From Acutalibacteraceae bacterium (GTDB taxonomy: Bacteria > Bacillota > Clostridia > Oscillospirales > Acutalibacteraceae), in the NCBI GenBank assembly GCA_045612205.1, contig JAZKYQ010000081.1:206-64205 (forward strand): a stretch of 64,000 bases of DNA. The letters are read 5' to 3'. This document shows, piece by piece, positions 43,799 through 51,566 of the stretch (the stretch's first letter is position 1; each line of letters starts with the position of its first letter). The position numbers and the translations under genes are program-made. The notes under the pieces are model-generated. The model was not told the DNA's origin. It ran no database searches and worked only from the letters and a program-made list of their open reading frames with translations.

Positions 43799-43960
43799 AT
43801 GGCTTTCGGTAACTCAAATAACAAGAAATCAGCTGAAACATCAGTTCCAACAGTTGTAGGCAGTATGTTTGCATATGGTGGAATGGCTATCAGCGGTGTT
43901 GCAGGTATGGGCCTTGGTATGTGCATTATGTCACTTATCAAGCGTAAAAAGGAAAGCTGA
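43799..43960 (+). CDS. 53-aa small protein with C-terminal TM helix and basic tail (below the ORF-track cutoff)
   Basis: My own translation: MAFGNSNNKKSAETSVPTVVGSMFAYGGMAISGVAGMGLGMCIMSLIKRKKES. The ATG directly abuts the TAA of the upstream ORF (TAAATG) and is in the same frame. Confidence 0.4.
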   Translation: MAFGNSNNKKSAETSVPTVVGSMFAYGGMAISGVAGMGLGMCIMSLIKRKKES

Positions 43961-44004
43961 TAAATAGTTGAATTTTTCATAAATAAGACCTCATACAATA
44001 AATG

Positions 44005-44037
44005 CATCCGGGTGAAAACTCGGGTGTATTTATTTTT
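44005..44037 (+). terminator. possible plus-strand terminator
   Basis: 8-bp stem CATCCGGG / CTCGGGTG (two G-U), 6-nt loop, then TATTTATTTTT. Confidence 0.4.
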
Positions 44038-44053
44038 GCACCTTCAGGTGTGA

Positions 44054-44086
44054 AAACAAAAAAGAGACAGCTTTCACTGCCTCTTT
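44054..44086 (-). terminator. terminator of the NRPS-like gene (minus strand)
   Basis: On the minus strand: AGAGGCAG-TGAAAG-CTGTCTCT (one G-U) followed by TTTTTTG; about 25 nt after the stop at 44112. Confidence 0.7.
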
Positions 44087-44111
44087 AAGTGGTTCAGAAT
44101 TTGCTTCGAAA

Positions 44112-47105
44112 TTAATTCTTTTTAGCGAATATATTTTTTAACTTTTGTATAAGACCTTTTTTTTCGCAAATATCCTTCTTCAATTGTCCGAAAGAATAAT
44201 CATCAGCGTTGTCATTAACGATTGCAGCAACAACTCGCTTAAACAGATTTTGGAACTCGGACATAGTTTCCTTTTCATAGCGGCTGGCTGCGTAATCAAA
44301 CACATACTGCAAGCCGTTTTCACCGTCAAGTATCTGGATATCCAGAACCGTCTGGGAAGCAGCTTTGTTTTGACGGACTTCAATTTGCTCCACAGACAGT
44401 CCGCCAAAATCACCTACATCACGCAGATCTTTTTGATAAAGAACACCGGTGATGTCTCCATCTACAATCTGAGGATTGCTTTCAACGTAAGGATAGCAAC
44501 TGTGTTTGATTCCGTTCTGTACCTGCTGCTGAACCTCCGCAAAAATATCACGCAAGGTCATTTGGTCACGCAGACGAAGTGCAACAGGAAGATCTCGATA
44601 GAACAGGCCAACACTCGATGAAGTAACAAGATCATCTCGGCCGTTATAGATCCAAGATACCTGTACATCATCCGCATCAGTGCTGATTGCGATAGAGAGT
44701 AGTGTTGCTGCAATATAGAATTCATTGCGTGTCAGCATATATTTCTTTTCAGTCAAAGAAAGTTGAGTCGGAGCCATATCAGCCTCACATGAGATTTCAC
44801 CAAGCTCGTTTTTGCGTGTCACCTCATCAATTTTGGGGCATACAGTCCATTCAACATTTCCGTATTTTTCTTCGAAGTATTTGCAGCTTTCGTTATAGAA
44901 ATCTGTAAGCTTCATCTGTTCTCGATTATGCAGAACAAGATAGTAGTAATCAGTTTCTAACGGTGCGCCCATGTAAGCGTTAATTACGCTGTTGATAAAG
45001 ACTTTAAACGAAGTGCCGTCGAAGATAATATGATGCACATCGAAGAACAGATAAGCTGCATCATCGGTTTCGAACAAACGACATCTGTATAAAGGAGAAT
45101 TTATCATATTAAAAGGCTTTACAAGAGCATCTTTAACTTCCTCGAATTCATTGGTGCTGATTTTTTCAAGAGTTACCGTAACCGGCATCTGAGAATTATA
45201 CTGCTGTATCAGATCTCCGTCTTCGTTAAATTTAAGGACTGTGCATAAAGCGGGATGATTTTTGATTGCCATTTCGATTGACTTTGCCATTCTTTCAAGG
45301 TCAATCCCTTCCTTTTCAATGCGAAGCATTGTAAAAAGATTGTACATGGTAGAGTACGGTGTATAGAGCTGATAATCAAACATATATAACTGTTCAGTAG
45401 TCAGCTTATGTTTTTCAAGTTTAGCAGCTTCGTTCTGAGCATCATCCGAACCGGGATCACGATTTTGGATTTGCTCCACATAAAGCTGTGCAATTTTTGA
45501 AGGGGTACGTCCGCGGAAAATACAGTTTGCATCCAATCCAGCAAGACCGCTCTCAATTAACAGCTCCATGGATGAAAGTGAGTCGCCGCCCATTTCATAA
45601 AAGTCATCATTAATTCCGATTTGATCCATATTAAGAATTTTCTGCATTGCCTCGCAGAGAGCAGCCTCAATTTCATTAGTAGGTTCTGCGTAGGTTCTTT
45701 CGACATGCTTTACTTCCGGCTTTGGCAAAGCATTGCGATCCATTTTTCCGTTCGGCTTTACGGGAATGGTATCAATTTTTGTAAAGTAAGCCGGGATCAT
45801 ATAGTAGGGAAGGCGCTTTTGCAATTCCTCACGAAGACTGTCTGTGTCAACCTTGATATCATCAAGGTAGTATGCACAAATGAAACTGTGTTCGTCGCTG
45901 ACAAATCCTCTTACTGCACACCAATCGATTTTCAGGATAGAACGTATTGTAGCTTCGATTTCTGCAGGCTCGATACGGTTGCCGTTAATTTTGATCATAT
46001 CACTTTTTCTGCCACAGATTGCAATGTTTCCGTCCGGTAAAATTTTCACAAGGTCGGACGTATAATAAAATCCGTCTTTGAATACTTTTGCGGTTTCTTC
46101 TGGTAAATTAATATAGCCTCTGACATATGGGCTTTCAAAAACGAATTCGCCGATTTCGCCGTCAGGTACATCATTTCCGTCATCATCCACAACACGATAC
46201 TTCAAATCAAATTGAGGTTTACCGATAGGGCAGATATCGTATTCCTTGTCAATAACAAACATACTGGTAACAATTCCGCTTTCACTTTGGGCATACATAT
46301 TAAAGTTTGTTACGCCCTTCAAATAAAAGTTGTTAGCAGGCTCACTTCCTACAACCATCTTCTTGAGGAAGGGGCCGGTCTTTCCGGCAAACTTACGAGC
46401 ATAGGTTGGTGTAAGGAAGAATAAGGTAATACGCTTTAAGAGCAGATATTTAATGAGAGCGACAGGATTTTTTATCGTTGAGTAAGAAAGAATATGTGAG
46501 GTGCCGCAACCTCTGTACAAGCCATAAAACAAAACCATTATTGATGCTACAAAGTTAAGAGGAGCAGCAAGTGCAAATCGCTCTCCGGGAGCAAACATCT
46601 CTTCACCCTGATAGTTGGCTGACAGGATACAACGTTCCAAATTGCCGTATTCGTGCAGTACACCCTTAGGATTTCCTGTGGTTCCTGATGTGTACACAGC
46701 ATAGGCGGCATCGTGGGGATCGGTTTCTTCATAACCATCCAAAGGCTCGAAGCGGTTGATTTCTTCCCATACTTCGCTTGTTATGGATATTTTACAGTTG
46801 CAGTCCTTGTAAATATAATCAATTCGTTCGGGAGCAAGAGTATCTTCTACAATTACCAATGCTGCACCTGCGCGCCAAACACCGATCATAGCGATAATGG
46901 GTTGCACGCCACGTGGCAGCTTGACCATTACAAAATCCTCTTTACCTATATTTCGTGCTTTCAAATATGAATATACACGACCGCTTATCTCGCGGAGTTG
47001 TTCGTAGCTGATTCCTTTTGGAGTAGCTTCATCATATAACGGAACAAGATGCTTCGTTTCTGAATCGTTCATCAGTTCCCATAATCGTTCAATATATCGT
47101 TTCAT
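44112..47105 (-). CDS. single-module NRPS-like enzyme, domain order A-T-C
   Basis: 997 aa. A3 YTSGTTGNPKGV; A7/A8 YYTSDLV...GRKSDMIKINGNRIEPAEIE; A10 PNGKMDR; thiolation motif FYEMGGDSLSSMEL; condensation His motif HHIIFDGTS. Confidence 0.85.
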   Translation of the reverse strand: MKRYIERLWELMNDSETKHLVPLYDEATPKGISYEQLREISGRVYSYLKARNIGKEDFVMVKLPRGVQPIIAMIGVWRAGAALVIVEDTLAPERIDYIYKDCNCKISITSEVWEEINRFEPLDGYEETDPHDAAYAVYTSGTTGNPKGVLHEYGNLERCILSANYQGEEMFAPGERFALAAPLNFVASIMVLFYGLYRGCGTSHILSYSTIKNPVALIKYLLLKRITLFFLTPTYARKFAGKTGPFLKKMVVGSEPANNFYLKGVTNFNMYAQSESGIVTSMFVIDKEYDICPIGKPQFDLKYRVVDDDGNDVPDGEIGEFVFESPYVRGYINLPEETAKVFKDGFYYTSDLVKILPDGNIAICGRKSDMIKINGNRIEPAEIEATIRSILKIDWCAVRGFVSDEHSFICAYYLDDIKVDTDSLREELQKRLPYYMIPAYFTKIDTIPVKPNGKMDRNALPKPEVKHVERTYAEPTNEIEAALCEAMQKILNMDQIGINDDFYEMGGDSLSSMELLIESGLAGLDANCIFRGRTPSKIAQLYVEQIQNRDPGSDDAQNEAAKLEKHKLTTEQLYMFDYQLYTPYSTMYNLFTMLRIEKEGIDLERMAKSIEMAIKNHPALCTVLKFNEDGDLIQQYNSQMPVTVTLEKISTNEFEEVKDALVKPFNMINSPLYRCRLFETDDAAYLFFDVHHIIFDGTSFKVFINSVINAYMGAPLETDYYYLVLHNREQMKLTDFYNESCKYFEEKYGNVEWTVCPKIDEVTRKNELGEISCEADMAPTQLSLTEKKYMLTRNEFYIAATLLSIAISTDADDVQVSWIYNGRDDLVTSSSVGLFYRDLPVALRLRDQMTLRDIFAEVQQQVQNGIKHSCYPYVESNPQIVDGDITGVLYQKDLRDVGDFGGLSVEQIEVRQNKAASQTVLDIQILDGENGLQYVFDYAASRYEKETMSEFQNLFKRVVAAIVNDNADDYSFGQLKKDICEKKGLIQKLKNIFAKKN

Positions 47106-47134
47106 AGATTTAACTCCCGGTTGTTTAAATTCAA

Positions 47135-47431
47135 TTATTCTATTGTTAAAATTTCTGAAAAACCGGTCATTTCAAACACATCCATAACCTCTTCTCGAAC
47201 ATTTGTGAGTTTCATAGTGCCGACTTTCTGCATCTTTTTTTGTGCTCCGAGAAGGACACGTAGGCCTGCACTGGAAATATATTCAATTCCTTTGATGTTG
47301 AGAATAAGATTCTTCGTATCGGAGATATCTTCATTTAAGGTTTTGTCCAGCTCGGGTGATGTTGTTGTGTCGAGTCTTCCTGTAAGCTCGATTATGGTTT
47401 CTTCTGCGTTTCTTTTGATTTCAATAGTCAT
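47135..47431 (-). CDS. STAS-domain anti-sigma-factor antagonist (SpoIIAA/RsbV-like), paralog of 33623..33919
   Basis: 98 aa. LTGRLDTTTSPELDKTL, EYISSAGLRVLLGAQKKM, FEMTGFSEILTIE. By eye it is more than half identical to the 33623 protein. Confidence 0.85.
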   Translation of the reverse strand: MTIEIKRNAEETIIELTGRLDTTTSPELDKTLNEDISDTKNLILNIKGIEYISSAGLRVLLGAQKKMQKVGTMKLTNVREEVMDVFEMTGFSEILTIE

Positions 47432-47445
47432 ATCAGTTAACTCCT

Positions 47446-47853
47446 TTAAATTTTCTTGACCATAGTAAGTATATTTTCACCGTTTTCATAGGTATAATTT
47501 ATTTTGTCCATTGTTTTCTTGACAATGAAAATGCCAAGTCCGCCGATCCTTCGCTCCTGTGCTGACAGAGCAATGTCCGGATCAGGATTCTTTAAGGGAT
47601 CAAAGGGTATACCCTTATCAGTTATACGGATGATGATGCTGTGACTTTCTTCGTCGAAGCAAATTCCAAGTGTCACATTTCCCTCACTGTCGCCATAGGC
47701 ATAGCGAGCGATATTGACAAATATTTCTTCCGCAGCGACACAAATTGCTGTTTGAATTTTAGCAGGGCATCCGTAAAGTTCAAGCATATATTCCAGAAAG
47801 CCGAGAACATCTGATAGCACATCAATTTTTGCAGGAAAAGTTTGCTTCTTCAT
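47446..47853 (-). CDS. RsbW/SpoIIAB-like anti-sigma serine kinase (HATPase_c_2)
   Basis: 135 aa. AAEEIFVNIARYAYG (N box), ITDKGIPFDPL, GGLGIFIVKKTMD. Collinear with the C-terminal 135 aa of the 944-aa sensor. Confidence 0.85.
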   Translation of the reverse strand: MKKQTFPAKIDVLSDVLGFLEYMLELYGCPAKIQTAICVAAEEIFVNIARYAYGDSEGNVTLGICFDEESHSIIIRITDKGIPFDPLKNPDPDIALSAQERRIGGLGIFIVKKTMDKINYTYENGENILTMVKKI

Positions 47854-47931
47854 ATATGTGCCTCTCCTTCGTTTTCTGTATTGGTAACTTTAAGTATGAA
47901 CCCAAATAAAAATAGCTTGTCACAAGGATAT

Positions 47932-48819
47932 TTAACCTTCTTCCACGATGACATTGACTACGCAATTATCAAACTGATCGTTAAATTCGTCTTGTATTTG
48001 TTTTTTGAATATTAAGATTTCTTCAAAACTTGTGTTCTTTTCAAAGGAAAGATGCAAATCTATTCTTGTGACGTCTCCGCTTTTACGGGAATTTATTGAA
48101 TGAAACTGTGAATAGCTGCTATAATACTGAGTCAATATATTAAGTATCTTCATCTGCTGTTCTTCGGGAAGGGTTTTGTCAGTTAATTCATTTAACGACT
48201 GCCTTGCACGCTTGAAGCAACCAAATATTAAATATATCGCAATAAAAATGCTGATTACAGGAGAAATATATCCTCCGATTGGATTGTCTCGCAGCAACCA
48301 CATTGCAAGAAGTGAAACCAAGGTGACGCTATCAAACAATAGTGCTGCAAGTGCAGCAGCATAATTGGTTTCGGAAATTGCGCTACGGTGAATCTTTATG
48401 ATTTTACGCTGTTTTACGAAAAATGCGGTGTCGAAGCTGACGTTTATGACTTTCAATCCTACTACGGCAATCACCAAATCGCTTGGCTGTTCAGGATAGA
48501 TAATGGAATAGACTGAAAGAGCAAGTGTTATAATCAAGCCTAAAAATACAATGCCGTCACAAACAAGAGATGCAATCGCTTCGATTTTGCCGACACCGTA
48601 ATTATATTCAAATCGCAAATCCTTTGACAGCTTTTTAGAAAGAATCGTAACCATAGCAGTACGAAGCATGTTTCCGAATGAGTCTAGCAAATCGACGAAA
48701 ACAAGAATTGTTTTTGAGAGAATTGCAGATACCAAAACTGCTACGAAAGACGGCGTTTCCGCTAAAAATTGAGCAAAAGAGAGGTTTTGCTGTTTTTTGT
48801 AACCGAATTTATCACTCAT
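47932..48819 (-). CDS. cation diffusion facilitator (CDF)-like transporter
   Basis: Track ORF starts at 48840, but ATG 48819 follows GGAGAGG by 7 nt. Six TM helices, FEYNYGVGKIEAI (TM3 region) and a C-terminal cytoplasmic alpha/beta domain (FHSINSRKSGDVTRIDLHLSF). The usual TM2/TM5 His/Asp metal-site residues look partly substituted (VDLLDS, LLFDS). Confidence 0.65.
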   Translation of the reverse strand: MSDKFGYKKQQNLSFAQFLAETPSFVAVLVSAILSKTILVFVDLLDSFGNMLRTAMVTILSKKLSKDLRFEYNYGVGKIEAIASLVCDGIVFLGLIITLALSVYSIIYPEQPSDLVIAVVGLKVINVSFDTAFFVKQRKIIKIHRSAISETNYAAALAALLFDSVTLVSLLAMWLLRDNPIGGYISPVISIFIAIYLIFGCFKRARQSLNELTDKTLPEEQQMKILNILTQYYSSYSQFHSINSRKSGDVTRIDLHLSFEKNTSFEEILIFKKQIQDEFNDQFDNCVVNVIVEEG

Positions 48820-49016
48820 GTTTTTGCCTCTCCTATACATTGAAAAATTTCGGAAATTCTGAGTAAAATATACTCATTACTAAGAGTATCAAGCTCAGAC
48901 AATATCACTTATAAGAAATGTTGTTAATCGCAATCAGAGCTTAAATGAGATGAACGTCATAGCAAGTACCATATAATGCGAATCAAGCAATATGCAGAGC
49001 ATAATTTACTATAAAA

Positions 49017-49045
49017 ATTTTATCATAGAGCAATGGTAATGTCAA
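49017..49045 (-). promoter_or_regulatory. candidate sigma-A promoter of the CDF/kinase/STAS/NRPS operon
   Basis: On the minus strand: TTGACA (49045..49040), 17 nt, TAAAAT (49022..49017). This implies a leader of roughly 190 nt. Confidence 0.45.
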
Positions 49046-49124
49046 TTGTATAGGCAAAAAGATTTCTTTTGGTTTTTTAGGTATCTAAAAAGGTTTACGA
49101 TGGATTTAAGCTCAGAGCAATAAC

Positions 49125-49158
49125 AAAAAGCCCGCGGATAATTTTCCGTGGGCTTTTT
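49125..49158 (-). terminator. (bidirectional) terminator downstream of the rubredoxin gene
   Basis: AAGCCCGCGG / CCGTGGGCTT stem (one G-U), 8-nt loop, flanked by an A-run and a T-run. Confidence 0.7.
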
Positions 49159-49170
49159 GATTAACTTATC

Positions 49171-49326
49171 TTATTCTTCCTCAAAAGCATCCTTGCCGAG
49201 TCCGCACCAGGGGCAAACCCAATCCTCGGGAACGTCTTCCCATGCGGTGCCGGGTGCTACACCGTTATCGGGATCACCAAGCTCAGGATCGTAGACATAG
49301 CTACAAGGACAAACATATTTAGCCAT
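49171..49326 (-). CDS. rubredoxin (atypical first metal knuckle)
   Basis: Below the ORF-track cutoff. My own translation: [69 protein letters not shown] before the ATG. Confidence 0.8.
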   Translation of the reverse strand: MAKYVCPCSYVYDPELGDPDNGVAPGTAWEDVPEDWVCPWCGLGKDAFEEE

Positions 49327-49389
49327 TGTTATTTCCTCCTTAATTTGTTGCTGTCAGTGTTGGCTGACAGGGGTGATATTATGCATTTT

Positions 49390-49418
49390 TATAAAAGGGG
49401 AGAGTGGACCTCTCCCCC
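49390..49418 (-). terminator. terminator after the truncated rubrerythrin-like gene
   Basis: On the minus strand: GGGGAGAG-GTCCA-CTCTCCCC followed by TTTTAT. Confidence 0.6.
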
Positions 49419-49425
49419 AAAAGCC

Positions 49426-49509
49426 TTAACCAAAATATCTGTTAAGAAGACCTTCGAAAGCCTTGCCGTGTCTTGCTTCGTCACAGAAAACCTTTAATTT
49501 ATAAGGGCT
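49426..49509 (-). pseudogene. 3'-terminal remnant of a rubrerythrin/ferritin-like (ExxH di-iron) gene
   Basis: The minus-strand frame reads (stop)SPYKLKVFCDEARHGKAFEGLLNRYFG(stop). There is no start codon, and an in-frame TAA lies at 49510..49512. The DEARH...F.GLL.RYF C-terminus resembles rubrerythrin-family proteins from memory. It lies directly upstream of rubredoxin. Confidence 0.4.
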
Positions 49510-49547
49510 TTAAAGCAATATCCCAAGCAAAATCCCAAGTTGAATAT

Positions 49548-49567
49548 TTTTATATATAAAGAAAATT
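49548..49567. repeat. left copy of the 20-bp direct repeat TTTTATATATAAAGAAAATT
   Basis: Read directly; identical to 54009..54028. Confidence 0.9.
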
Positions 49568-49581
49568 GGAAATTTTGTGGT

Positions 49582-49794
49582 TTATGCAATTACAGCACCA
49601 CGGGATTTAAGGTAAATATCTATATCGTTGTTGATATAATTATGTCCCGTACTGTGTAAAACATCATAGAATTCATAAATATAATCGAATACACCATATT
49701 CCTTGAAAAGTTTGATTACTGCCTTGCCGCTTAAATTACGGTGTGCCTTATAACTTTCAATACAGAATATCAAAAAGTTCGTTTCTTTACTCAT
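49582..49794 (-). CDS. DUF3791-like small protein
   Basis: 70 aa. NFLIFCIESYKAHRNLSGKAVIKLFKEYGVFDYIYEFYDVLHSTG resembles my memory of DUF3791. Confidence 0.6.
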   Translation of the reverse strand: MSKETNFLIFCIESYKAHRNLSGKAVIKLFKEYGVFDYIYEFYDVLHSTGHNYINNDIDIYLKSRGAVIA

Positions 49795-49806
49795 AGTATC
49801 ATCTCC

Positions 49807-50043
49807 TTATATATCGGGGAAAACTATAGTGCCTGTTTCTTCCTCTTGCTTAAGTAAAGCATAAAGCATCTCAGAACTGTAGTGCCATACTTTGGTTTCC
49901 TCATCTTCAAGTAATTCATAAAGTTTAGAGGAATACAGTCTTAATATTGCATCATCATGAGATATATTTTCTTTATCTGCAATCAGTTTTATCAGATCAG
50001 CACTGATGTAGGGGATAAGTGCCTCAAACTGCTCTTTAGACAT
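49807..50043 (-). CDS. DUF3791-like small protein (second copy)
   Basis: Track ORF starts at 50130, but ATG 50043 follows AAGGAGGA by 8 nt. MSKEQFEALIPYISADLIKLIADKENISHDDAILRLYSSKLYELLEDEETKVWHYS. Confidence 0.55.
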   Translation of the reverse strand: MSKEQFEALIPYISADLIKLIADKENISHDDAILRLYSSKLYELLEDEETKVWHYSSEMLYALLKQEEETGTIVFPDI

Positions 50044-50056
50044 AACGTTATCCTCC

Positions 50057-50542
50057 TTATCTGATTTCTTTGGACTCAATAAACTTAAGGTAAGAAAGGG
50101 CTTTTTCACTGTGGAATGCCCATTGGTCATGCAGCACCTCTGTTTTTAATCTGGCTACAGTATATTCCGCATCAATTGCACCTGCTTCAAAAAGTCGGAT
50201 AGTCTGATAAATATTATCGTCTGCTACAGGACCGATATGCATATCAGAAGCAGAATCAATTGAATCTCCACGGCGATTAGCGACAACGAACTGAAGCCAC
50301 TTCTCATCAGCACCGTCAAAGGTTTCTATTGATATAGACTTTTCTGCTTCAGGTAAATTGAATTCATAGACAGAAACATAGCCAACGTCGGCGTTACTTC
50401 TACGCTTTTTAATTCTTGCCCATCTTTCTGCTTGTTCATATGAGGTGGTCGTATAAAAACCTATACCGAAATCCAGAAATACAGAACCTTTTCTGATTTC
50501 AGGATAATCTACTAAATCTGTACTTCCGTGATACAATATCAT
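50057..50542 (-). CDS. DUF3990-like protein (possible ADP-ribosyltransferase-fold)
   Basis: 161 aa. MILYHGSTDLVDYPEI...DFGIGFYTTTSYEQAERWA resembles my memory of the DUF3990 N-terminus. The order YHGS ... GFYTT ... E is reminiscent of an H-Y-E ART triad. Confidence 0.6.
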   Translation of the reverse strand: MILYHGSTDLVDYPEIRKGSVFLDFGIGFYTTTSYEQAERWARIKKRRSNADVGYVSVYEFNLPEAEKSISIETFDGADEKWLQFVVANRRGDSIDSASDMHIGPVADDNIYQTIRLFEAGAIDAEYTVARLKTEVLHDQWAFHSEKALSYLKFIESKEIR

Positions 50543-50785
50543 AATGACACCTCCATATCTGTCTCTGTTATTATATTATCATACTGTGCTTAAAAATTCA
50601 ACTGTATATGCAATAATGACTATTTTATATTGTTTAGAAACATCTCTCTGTTTAAGTGCCGTTGATTTTCAGTTTATTTACTTATCTCATCTTTCATATT
50701 TATATTGACAAGGCAAAGACGCTCCGGAGCAACTTATAAGTCCTTATTAATATAGATACAATAAAACGAAGTAAAGGAGATAAAA

Positions 50786-51343
50786 ATGAAAGATATAAAT
50801 CATGTGGTGATTACGGGGCGGATTGTGAATTTGTATGTAATCAATCACAATCCGGCACGAGTCATAGTAACAATTTATGATGATGGAAATAATCCTAAAA
50901 TTTTTGCGGCTAATAAGACTGCGGAATATATTATCAAAAACTTAAATGTTGGAGATTATGTCACTGCAGAATGTAACCTGCAAAGTTCAACCAAAAACAA
51001 AATCGGTAAAACGGTTACCGTTTTTGTTGATACAATAAAAAAGCATTGCTCACGTGTTGCCTCGGAAAATAATTTTTTCCTTGCAGGAGATATTGTGTCC
51101 GTGCGAACTAACACAAAGTTGAACATTTCTACAATGATAATAGCCACAACGGTAAATGGAAGGAGATCAACTGTAGAAGTAACCTTTTACGACCCTGATC
51201 ACAGGATGTTCGGAATAATCTCTGATAATCCTGATATTTCCATCGGAGGCAGAATACAAACTGTTTCTTATACTGTAAAAAATAAGAAGGTATATAGGCA
51301 GATTTATGTTGCTGATTTTCCAAGAAACAGCTGTAACGAATAA
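50786..51343 (+). CDS. hypothetical protein (weak OB-fold/ssDNA-binding-like N-terminus, internally duplicated)
   Basis: 185 aa with RBS AAAGGAG. NHVVITGRIVNLYV and FFLAGDIVSVRT begin two similar halves, reminiscent of SSB-type OB folds. The functional call is weak. Confidence 0.45.
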   Translation: MKDINHVVITGRIVNLYVINHNPARVIVTIYDDGNNPKIFAANKTAEYIIKNLNVGDYVTAECNLQSSTKNKIGKTVTVFVDTIKKHCSRVASENNFFLAGDIVSVRTNTKLNISTMIIATTVNGRRSTVEVTFYDPDHRMFGIISDNPDISIGGRIQTVSYTVKNKKVYRQIYVADFPRNSCNE

Positions 51344-51372
51344 GGCATAATAAAAAATCTTTCTATTTATGG

Positions 51373-51405
51373 AACACAGAGTTGGACAGCTCTGTGTTTC
51401 GTTTT
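51373..51405 (+). terminator. terminator after 50786..51343
   Basis: AACACAGAG / CTCTGTGTT perfect stem, loop TTGGACAG, then TCGTTTT. Confidence 0.7.
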
Positions 51406-51525
51406 ATAAATTTTTCGATTATCTTCATATTCTATCTTACATACTTATATTAAGTGGTCAAACTCACGATTGGAGAAACTGGTCATAATCTAACTCTCAT
51501 TTTTCTTTTGTTATTAGTTATTCAG

Positions 51526-51566
51526 AAAAAGGGCTCTCACTGCATTGTCAGTTGAGAGCTCTTTTT
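51526..51566. terminator. strong orphan hairpin/terminator (no annotated gene ends here)
   Basis: AAAAAGGGCTCTCACTG / CAGTTGAGAGCTCTTTTT with one bulge; A-run before and T-run after, so it could act in either direction. Confidence 0.55.

Noticed and set aside
47121-47459. 112-aa plus-strand ORF overlapping the STAS gene, and the 139-158-aa plus-strand ORFs inside the NRPS gene (44145..44621, 45621..46040)
   Set aside because: They are antisense shadows of strongly supported minus-strand genes, with low-complexity hydrophobic translations and no RBS.
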